This document shows positions 56,924 to 64,000 of a stretch of DNA of 64,000 nucleotides, in pieces. A program made the position numbers and the translations under genes. The DNA comes from a virus. Numbering within the stretch: the first letter of the stretch is position 1; each line of letters begins with the position of its first letter. The stretch covers positions 1 through 64,000 of the IMG/VR virus record IMGVR_UViG_3300009149_000020. The stretch is one strand, 5' to 3'. Under the pieces are notes generated by a model, which was not told the origin of the DNA, made no database searches, and saw only the letters and a program-made list of their open reading frames with translations.

Positions 56924-57775
56924 ATGACCACTGAAGAAAACGCAAAGTTTTTGAAAACATTTATAGAGAAAATAGATTATACTGTCATAAATGGCGCCAC
57001 TTTACGCATAATGACATCTGGCTTACTAGCACTAAAAGCAGCAAGAAACCTTACGAAGGTTACGGTAAGATCTAATTGCCTAGTTTCACGTAACTGGCAG
57101 TACTCTACCATATTTATAAATATGTTTGATGCTATTACATGTGATTGTACTAAAGAGGATGAGCAAAAGTATTTAAAGAATTTAGACATAAGCGTAAGAC
57201 TTTGCTATTATGCAAATGCACAAAATATTAAATTGATGTTTGAGGATCATTGTGTAGATGTTAGGAGAATAGGGTATGAGTTAGCAATGTATCCAGAGGA
57301 GATGAAAAAAGATAGAGCGACTAGTATTCGCCGTGGGTATTATAAGTATCATCATATGGGATATCATTTAGATATGAAACATGATACGCATTATGAGGTA
57401 AAGAGACAATATTACAAACATAACGCTTATCAAGATATAGATTGGATCATCGATCCTCACAGTCAAATTTTTTGCAATGGTTTTAATAATGCGTTGGATG
57501 GTAATCGTTTGTCCGATGACCAAGTAGCAGCGCTTAAAGCATCATTAACTAAGCGGCATATAAAAAGATTTTTTGAAAGAATCATAAACCTTAATTATTA
57601 TAGTCAACGATTCACTAGTAATAATGTGGGTAAACAGCAACTTCTTAGTATCATGTATGATTTAGCGCCAACACTATTTGTGCGTACTGTATTTTCATTA
57701 AAGGACGCAGAAGCACGAAAGGCCTGGCAATCAATAGTTCATGAGAAAGAAAGGAGGAACGTATGCAAGAAGTAG
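56924..57775 (+). CDS. RxxYY repeat protein with shared C-terminal motif
   Basis: SVRLCYY, SIRRGYY, VKRQYY..YQDIDWIID; APTLFVRTVFSLKDAEARKAW. Confidence 0.78.
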   Translation: MTTEENAKFLKTFIEKIDYTVINGATLRIMTSGLLALKAARNLTKVTVRSNCLVSRNWQYSTIFINMFDAITCDCTKEDEQKYLKNLDISVRLCYYANAQNIKLMFEDHCVDVRRIGYELAMYPEEMKKDRATSIRRGYYKYHHMGYHLDMKHDTHYEVKRQYYKHNAYQDIDWIIDPHSQIFCNGFNNALDGNRLSDDQVAALKASLTKRHIKRFFERIINLNYYSQRFTSNNVGKQQLLSIMYDLAPTLFVRTVFSLKDAEARKAWQSIVHEKERRNVCKK

Positions 57776-58011
57776 ACGACAAACACTATACTCTTTATGT
57801 ATTCGAATGTGTGATTGCTAGATATAAATTAATGTTTAATAGGATTGTTAATGATGACGGTGACGTCAGTTTTGAGGAAGAGGTTATCATTAATGGTTTT
57901 ATGGATTGTCCTCTTTGTACATTAGCTGAAAATGAAGCTGAGGCAAGAAAGATACTTATAGATGCAGGTGACGACTATACTGATATTGGAAGATTACTTG
58001 CGACAATGTGA
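57763..58011 (+). CDS. hypothetical protein
   Basis: AGGAGG RBS. Confidence 0.55.
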   Translation: MQEVDDKHYTLYVFECVIARYKLMFNRIVNDDGDVSFEEEVIINGFMDCPLCTLAENEAEARKILIDAGDDYTDIGRLLATM

Positions 58012-58021
58012 GGAGGCAATA

Positions 58022-58288
58022 ATGAAGTATTACCAAGTAGTAAAAACACTGGAGTATAAAAATATTTCAAAAATTTGCAATGAGTTTTTATGCATGCCAT
58101 GTGCAATAGGAAACATCAACGATCGTAGGAAATATTATCCTGAAGGTGCATACATCACAGATAAGGGGCACGAGCAAGCCATCCGTAAAAATGCATTTGA
58201 ATTAAGAGCATCTAACCACCATGCGTTTGATTATTATGATTTTGCTATTACATTCTTTCGAGAGGTTACAGCAGAGGAGGCACAATGA
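58022..58288 (+). CDS. hypothetical protein
   Basis: ATG after GAGGAGG. Confidence 0.6.
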   Translation: MKYYQVVKTLEYKNISKICNEFLCMPCAIGNINDRRKYYPEGAYITDKGHEQAIRKNAFELRASNHHAFDYYDFAITFFREVTAEEAQ

Positions 58289-58656
58289 CTAATTTTGTAG
58301 CAATGTATCATGTTATATCATCTGAAGGACCGGACAACCTATATGTTAACATTCCTTTTGTTGCTGAAAATGGTTTATATATAGCTGTGTTTGAGGATGA
58401 GGACGACCCTAATCAATCGTATATTGAAATTGCTGACAATAAGTATGAGCACAACACGAAAGTATACTATTCCTTTTGTGGGTTCGCTGATGAAGAAGAA
58501 GCACTCAAAGTTTGCAAAGAAATATGTGCTCTTGTAAATCAATACTGGCAGATAAAGCTTGACAACATACAGCAACAAGCTGTTACAATGAAAAAACTTT
58601 CAAGACGTTTAGTCTTTGAGGAGAGAAAGCAAGATGAAAAATCAATCCCCTCCTGA
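58285..58656 (+). CDS. hypothetical protein
   Basis: GAGGAGG RBS; ATGA overlap. Confidence 0.6.
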   Translation: MTNFVAMYHVISSEGPDNLYVNIPFVAENGLYIAVFEDEDDPNQSYIEIADNKYEHNTKVYYSFCGFADEEEALKVCKEICALVNQYWQIKLDNIQQQAVTMKKLSRRLVFEERKQDEKSIPS

Positions 58657-58951
58657 GTTAAAAGAACAAAAATAATTGAACAATGAGAAGAGTTCACGTA
58701 TTATTGATAAGGTAATCTATAAGGAGCACATTGCTCATGAACAGTATTTCGTTTGTTGACTTAATTCTTTTTCTTTTGAAACATAAAACTTCAGTTAAAA
58801 AATCGCTTACTACAGTATTTAGTTACTATACGGCTAGACTACTCAAAGGGGAGTCAGTTATTATCCAAACAGAACACATTTACGATACTAACTGGGATCA
58901 CGTCGCAACCACCGAATGTTTAATGTATGTAAAGGAGATGAAAGGGGCTTG

Positions 58952-59947
58952 ATGAAGATTTTACACCTGGCAGATATTCACTATAGTAAACTTGCAGAAC
59001 GCACCATCGACGATTTTTTTACAAAGTTACAGGCATTAACTAAACCTGATGTCTGTGTAATAGCAGGGGACTTATTCGACTCCTCGGTTTTCTTCGATGA
59101 TGCTGCCAGCTCAGGTGTATTAGATTTTATTACTAAGTTATATGAAATCGTTGATACAGACATACTTATAGTAAGAGGAACTCCTAGTCATGACAGAGAC
59201 AACTTAAATACATTAAAAACAGTATTTAAAAAAAATACAAAAATCCGTATCTTTACTGCACCAGTAGAGTGGAAGGACTTTTGTTGTGTACCTGAACCTA
59301 ACATATCCAATTCAAAACAATCTATACAGCTTTTATCACAGACTCAGTTACCTTATGTAGTATTTCATGGAAGTATTGAATCATCTGTACTTCCTATGGG
59401 TTTAACTATTGAAAGTGTTTCAAAGGTGTTCTTAAAGAAAGCTTTATTTAAGAAATTTAAACTGGGCTGTTGCGGACATATTCATATTGCACAGCAATTA
59501 AAAAATACTACGTGTTATTACTCAGGGTCCTTAGGTCGTTTTGCTTTTGGAGAAGAACATCCGAAAGGGTTTTACTATCACAATCTTGCTGATAAGACGC
59601 ATGATTTTATACAAGTAGACTCGCCTCCTTATGAAACGTATGAGTTTGATAACGAAGATGGTGTAAAAGATTTTCTTGAAACATGTAATAAAGAAGATCC
59701 TGTCAGAGTTATTTTAACTAAGCCTCGACAACAACAATTAGAAATTCCGTCGAATATTAAAATCGAAGTAAGGGTAGATAAAAAATCTGTAACCGAGGAT
59801 ACGGAACTTCAACGACTTGCAGGTATTGAAGGAATGCCTTTAGCTGATAAGACATTAGCTTATATGCGGGACAAAATGAAGTTAACGGTTACCGATGAAT
59901 TAGAAGCAGAGTTAAGATTGTTGTTCGAGGAAGCGGGCGTTTCGTAA
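58952..59947 (+). CDS. Mre11/SbcD-like DNA repair exonuclease
   Basis: MKILHLADIH, AGDLFD, GTPSHD, FHG, GHIH, YSGS..R.AFGE. Confidence 0.9.
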   Translation: MKILHLADIHYSKLAERTIDDFFTKLQALTKPDVCVIAGDLFDSSVFFDDAASSGVLDFITKLYEIVDTDILIVRGTPSHDRDNLNTLKTVFKKNTKIRIFTAPVEWKDFCCVPEPNISNSKQSIQLLSQTQLPYVVFHGSIESSVLPMGLTIESVSKVFLKKALFKKFKLGCCGHIHIAQQLKNTTCYYSGSLGRFAFGEEHPKGFYYHNLADKTHDFIQVDSPPYETYEFDNEDGVKDFLETCNKEDPVRVILTKPRQQQLEIPSNIKIEVRVDKKSVTEDTELQRLAGIEGMPLADKTLAYMRDKMKLTVTDELEAELRLLFEEAGVS

Positions 59948-59964
59948 GGAGGCAAAAGTAACCT

Positions 59965-62409
59965 ATGAAGTTTTCTGACTTAGTTGAAAATACTCTTAAG
60001 TTTAAAAAAAGCGCAAGTTGTGTAGATTGTCCTATTGCAAATTCAATTTTCGTTCCACCACATGTTAACCAAGACTGCGAAGTTTTACTTATAGGAGAAG
60101 CTCCAGGAAAGACTGAGGTAGCACAGCGTGTTCCTTTTGTAGGTACTGCTGGTAAATTATTAAAAAAGTCTTTAGAAGATGCAGGGTTTGATATCTCCAC
60201 TATGTCGGTAACAAATATTGTTAAATGTAGACCCTATGATGAGAAAGGTGCTACTAGAACTCCTACAAAGAAAGAGTTTATGAAGTGTGGGTCAACTTTC
60301 ATTGATGCAGAAGTATCTAGTTTTGGTAAGTTAAAAGTAGTAATTCTTTTAGGCAAATCTCCTTTTGACTATTTTTTTCCAAAAGGGAGCTATGCAAAGA
60401 GTAGAGGTCATTTCTTAAAGGAAGGCGGAAAAGTATTTTTTGTTTCAATGCATCCCTCTCATGCGCTATACAATCCTAATAAAGAAACAGAGCTTGCAAA
60501 TGATATGCTGAAGGTTAAAGAGTATCTTGATAACAAATTATTTTCAGGCAGAAGTTACCACTTTGTAGATAATATAGCGTCACTGGAAGCATGCAAGGCT
60601 GACTTACTTGCTGCAAGGAAAGTAGCTATTGACATTGAAACGCCTCCTATACCCGATGAGAGATTAGTTGATGCGTTACCGATTAAGTGTTTTACAATTT
60701 GTACACAAAAAGATCACGTGTATGGTTTTTACTTTGAATGTAAAAAGACGATTTCCCTTGAGTATAGAAAGGCAGTTTGGGCTTTATTAAAAGAGATACT
60801 TGAAGATGAGAAGACCATTAAGATTTTTCATAATGCTAAATTTGAATACTTGAACTTTTTAAAAAGAGATTGTAAGGTTGTTAACTATCGAGACACTATG
60901 TTAGAGGCTTTCCTCTTAGATGAGAATAGGGAAGTAGGCTTGAAACCTTTAGCAGCTATTTACACAAAGGGTTATAGAAATGTTGTTACGGATTTTAAGA
61001 ATGTTGATATAACTGAATTAATTGGTTACTGTGCTGAAGACGCTGATTTAACTATGCAACTTCACGAAACCTTTTATCCTAATGTAAAAGGAGATACCGG
61101 CTTAAACTATGTGTACAAGGAGATTTTATTACCTGCCGTCCATGTCCTGGCCACTATAGAAAAGAATGGCGTAAGCTTTGACGTAGACTATGCTCAGACG
61201 TTAGAAAGAGACATATTAGCAAAGATACAAGTAATAGAAGATCAACTATATGCAGCACACAGGAATCTAAAGTTTATAAATTTGGATTCTACTAAACAGT
61301 TAAGCGACTTTCTGTTTAATAATCTGAAGGTTATTCCTGTATCAAAAACAAAAGGAGGTCAGCCCGCTCTAGGAAAGAATGATTTAATTGTCTTTAGTGA
61401 AAGAGGTTTAACAATAGCTGACCCTTTACTCGATAGAAGGAAGTATAAAAAACAGCTGACTACTTATGTAAAAGCTCTTCCAAAGCTAATCGGGATGGAC
61501 CGTCGAATAAATTCTTCTTACAAGCTCACAGGTACTGTTACTGGAAGGCTTGCAAGTGCTAACCCCAACCTGCAGAATATACCTCGAGATAAATCAATTA
61601 AGAATCTTATTATAGCAGAGATGATTGATTCTTATTTTGAGCAACACGGCTTAAACAAATATTGTTTACTCCAAGGAGATTTCTCTCAAGCAGAATTAAG
61701 GATAGCAGCATCTATTGCTAACGATGCAGAAATGATAAGAGTTTATAATACACCTGGTGGTGATATTCATAATACTACAGGTGCGACGGTAGCCGGAGTA
61801 TCTCTGGAAGAGGTTACAAAAGAAATGAGACAAGGCGCCAAAGCTGTTAACTTTGGTTTCATTTATGGAATGGAGTGGGAAGGTTTTAAAAGCTACGCAA
61901 AGTTTCAGTATAAAGTTGAATTTTCAGATAAGGATGCAAAACTAGCAAGGACTAAGTTCTTTGCTAAGTATTGTTCATTGCTTCCTTGGCATGAAAAAGC
62001 TAAAGCATTCGCAACTAAGAATGGATTTATTCTATCCCCTCTGGGTAGGAAAAGGAGGTTACCACAAGTATGGTCTAAAGAGCAGGGAAAAAGGAATGCT
62101 GCTCTTAGGCAAGCTATCAATTCTCCTGTGCAGGGAACTGCGTCTGACTTAACTGTTTACACTATGATTCAAGCTCAAAAATTTCTTGAAAAGAAGAACA
62201 TGCAAAGCAAGATTGTTCTTACTGTGCATGACTCTATTATCTTTTCAGCACACGAAAAAGAAGTCGATGGAATCATTTTCTTTCTTATGAATACTGTTGC
62301 AGGTCTCCAAGACAAATTTAACTTCCTCAGAGTGCCAATGGTTATGGACTTTGAGAAGGGTGATAGATGGGGTAATCTCGAGAAAATAAATACCGCAGAC
62401 TATCTGTAA
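59965..62409 (+). CDS. family-A DNA polymerase with N-terminal family-4 uracil-DNA glycosylase and 3'-5' exonuclease domains
   Basis: CVDC, GEAPG, NIVKCRP, HPS (UDG4); DIET, HNAKFE, YCAED (exo); TGRLAS.NPNLQNIP, DFSQAELR, KAVNFGFIYG, VHDS (pol). Confidence 0.95.
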   Translation: MKFSDLVENTLKFKKSASCVDCPIANSIFVPPHVNQDCEVLLIGEAPGKTEVAQRVPFVGTAGKLLKKSLEDAGFDISTMSVTNIVKCRPYDEKGATRTPTKKEFMKCGSTFIDAEVSSFGKLKVVILLGKSPFDYFFPKGSYAKSRGHFLKEGGKVFFVSMHPSHALYNPNKETELANDMLKVKEYLDNKLFSGRSYHFVDNIASLEACKADLLAARKVAIDIETPPIPDERLVDALPIKCFTICTQKDHVYGFYFECKKTISLEYRKAVWALLKEILEDEKTIKIFHNAKFEYLNFLKRDCKVVNYRDTMLEAFLLDENREVGLKPLAAIYTKGYRNVVTDFKNVDITELIGYCAEDADLTMQLHETFYPNVKGDTGLNYVYKEILLPAVHVLATIEKNGVSFDVDYAQTLERDILAKIQVIEDQLYAAHRNLKFINLDSTKQLSDFLFNNLKVIPVSKTKGGQPALGKNDLIVFSERGLTIADPLLDRRKYKKQLTTYVKALPKLIGMDRRINSSYKLTGTVTGRLASANPNLQNIPRDKSIKNLIIAEMIDSYFEQHGLNKYCLLQGDFSQAELRIAASIANDAEMIRVYNTPGGDIHNTTGATVAGVSLEEVTKEMRQGAKAVNFGFIYGMEWEGFKSYAKFQYKVEFSDKDAKLARTKFFAKYCSLLPWHEKAKAFATKNGFILSPLGRKRRLPQVWSKEQGKRNAALRQAINSPVQGTASDLTVYTMIQAQKFLEKKNMQSKIVLTVHDSIIFSAHEKEVDGIIFFLMNTVAGLQDKFNFLRVPMVMDFEKGDRWGNLEKINTADYL

Positions 62410-62438
62410 AAAACCGAGTTAAAAGTTGTCGTTCTCGC

Positions 62439-62460
62439 GTTTTTACATATATGTAAAAAC
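62439..62460. promoter_or_regulatory. perfect 22-bp palindrome, candidate operator
   Basis: GTTTTTACATATATGTAAAAAC, intergenic, ending 14 bp before the next ATG. Confidence 0.6.
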
Positions 62461-62474
62461 AGTGAATAGGAGGC

Positions 62475-62975
62475 ATGTTAATGAGTGTCGTTAAAGAAAA
62501 TCTTCCCATCAGTTTTACACTTTCAATCAGTGGAAAGACTCAAGAGATTTCTGTAGACTTGAATGAGCTGATGGATATCGATGAAGACAATATCAGGGAT
62601 GTTTTATCAAAGCATCCTGGGAATGTTGCTTGGTTCGGTGCCTTGCTTGCTACTTACCAAAAACAACTCAATAGTGAAAAAGACTCTCTAAAGCTTTTAG
62701 AGGCAGAGTTGTATGAATCTAAGCGGCAAGAACTAGAAGATGAAGGAGCTAAGGCTACGGAAGCTTCCATCAAATCAAGGCAACTCCAAGATCCCTCGTA
62801 TGTGCTACAACTTAAGCGTTTAAGAGAAGCTGAAATGTCCTACAATATGTTAGTAGGCATTAAAGTTGCCCTGGATCATAAACGCGACTGCTTGGTTCAA
62901 ATTTCAGGTTTTTGTAAACGTGAAATGGATCTTAATACTTATGCTGAGCAGGTAGGTGGAGCAAACGAGGAATAA
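62475..62975 (+). CDS. UvsY-like recombination mediator
   Basis: L.IDEDN...AWFG.L, KATEASIKS, ALDHKRD.L; sits between polymerase and SSB. Confidence 0.65.
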   Translation: MLMSVVKENLPISFTLSISGKTQEISVDLNELMDIDEDNIRDVLSKHPGNVAWFGALLATYQKQLNSEKDSLKLLEAELYESKRQELEDEGAKATEASIKSRQLQDPSYVLQLKRLREAEMSYNMLVGIKVALDHKRDCLVQISGFCKREMDLNTYAEQVGGANEE

Positions 62976-63051
62976 AAAGTTCTTCAAAACATCAGTAAGG
63001 TGAGTAAATTTTAAAACAGGACAAGTCAACTTAACAGGAGGATCGGCACAC

Positions 63052-63978
63052 ATGGGTTTAAACATTGATAACCTAAGAAAAAATTGGAAAGGCCAAAACA
63101 AGGGATTTTGGACTCCAGATGATGGCGAAAATAACATCCGTATTTTGCCAAGGTCACTAGCGTACTTTAGTGAAGAAGAGGATTCTGATTTCGCTTTTAT
63201 GTTTTATCAGCATTACAAAATAAGCGATTCAGCTCCAGTACTTGTATGTCCTACATCTGCGCATATTGGAAAAAAATGCCCGATATGTGAAAAGGTAAGG
63301 GGACTGTATAAGTCGAATTCAGAGGAAGATAAAGAACTTGCTAAGTCATTATCCAGATCAAAAAGATTTCATTTTAACATCATTGATCTTGATAACATCG
63401 AAGCAGGCGTCCAGGTTATGGAAACAGGACCATTCATTTATAAAGAGATTATGAAGTTTGTTCTTGATCCTGACTGGGGTGACTTATTTGACATTAAGAC
63501 AGGCAGAAATATTGTTATCTGCAAGAATCCTCCAAGTGGTGGTAACCAGTGGGCTTCTTATGAAGTAAAACCAAAACCAGCTGCAACTAATGCAAAAGAC
63601 AATTTGCCTACTACTTGGAAACAGGACATTGCAGCGTTGATGAAGAAGCTTCCTACTGCTAAAGAGTATGATGAAATAAACACGCTTCTTGATCCAACAC
63701 TTCCTTTGCAGAAAGCTGTAGCTCCTATACAGAACACATCTACTAATTTTGATGATGATGACGACGATGATACTAACGTCCATGAAGTAACTGATGATGA
63801 CGTAGCTGAAGTTGCAGCAGAATTAGAAGTAGAAGTAGCAGCAAAGCCAAAAGCAACCACTGGTGGAAAGCCTGAATGTTTTGGTAATGAATATTCTCCA
63901 AAAGATGAAAAATGTAAAGCATGTGCAACCGATATTAAAGGTGCATGTCGCGCAGCCTTCCTTGACGTAGAAGATTGA
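63052..63978 (+). CDS. gp32-like single-stranded DNA-binding protein with acidic tail and terminal Cys4 motif
   Basis: FW.P.DG.N.IRILP, H..C....CPICE, DL.DIKTGR.I, YEV, poly-Asp tail. Confidence 0.85.
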   Translation: MGLNIDNLRKNWKGQNKGFWTPDDGENNIRILPRSLAYFSEEEDSDFAFMFYQHYKISDSAPVLVCPTSAHIGKKCPICEKVRGLYKSNSEEDKELAKSLSRSKRFHFNIIDLDNIEAGVQVMETGPFIYKEIMKFVLDPDWGDLFDIKTGRNIVICKNPPSGGNQWASYEVKPKPAATNAKDNLPTTWKQDIAALMKKLPTAKEYDEINTLLDPTLPLQKAVAPIQNTSTNFDDDDDDDTNVHEVTDDDVAEVAAELEVEVAAKPKATTGGKPECFGNEYSPKDEKCKACATDIKGACRAAFLDVED

Positions 63979-64000
63979 CAAACATTTTCATTATATAAGT

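Noticed and set aside
58634-58952. Gene between 58656 and the nuclease
   Set aside because: A 13-codon ORF is followed by several in-frame stops and a weakly supported 73-aa ORF; it may be a decayed gene but cannot be called.
59965-62409. Intein or intron in the polymerase (also considered for RtcB)
   Set aside because: Lengths and motif spacing are normal; no splice-junction or homing-endonuclease motifs.
1-64000. All minus-strand ORFs and the short out-of-frame plus-strand ORFs in the track
   Set aside because: They lie inside longer RBS-bearing + strand genes and show no motifs, so they are shadows. The exception is the unlisted 18292 ORF, which has its own RBS.
63975-64000. Sigma70 promoter (TTGACA) after ssb
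   Set aside because: The nearest TATAAG is only 13 nt away, and the canonical -10 position runs off the window edge.

Overview
A 64 kb, AT-rich, gene-dense segment of a large (probably jumbo) bacteriophage genome. Essentially every real gene is on the + strand, read in standard code 11 with strong AGGAGG ribosome-binding sites and frequent stop/start overlaps. The last 5 kb is a replication/recombination block: Mre11/SbcD-type nuclease, family-A DNA polymerase fused to a family-4 uracil-DNA glycosylase, a UvsY-like mediator and a gp32-like SSB. The rest is a very large accessory region. It carries a radical SAM enzyme with 'GFVSNSSS' partner proteins, RtcB, Pth2, a DmpA-type peptidase, a metallophosphoesterase, Lar, YopX, a catalytically dead LexA/CI-like protein, a sigma4-alphaCTD-alphaCTD fusion, and an exported protein with a C-terminal PD-(D/E)xK nuclease. 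The main unexplained pattern is about 22 proteins whose N-terminal parts differ (ankyrin arrays, a 23-aa RxxYYxxxxWxD repeat, or unrelated helical domains) but which all end in the same ~30-aa two-helix motif (hxxh[P/S/D]xxxh[S/G/T]xhh[F/L]x5-8[R/K]xhhxxhh). This looks like a library of modular adaptors docking on one common partner. An ArfA-like small ORF missed by the ORF track is hidden at 18292-18453. All alignments were made by eye; no database searches were run. No tRNA, rRNA, CRISPR array, integrase or virion gene was recognised.
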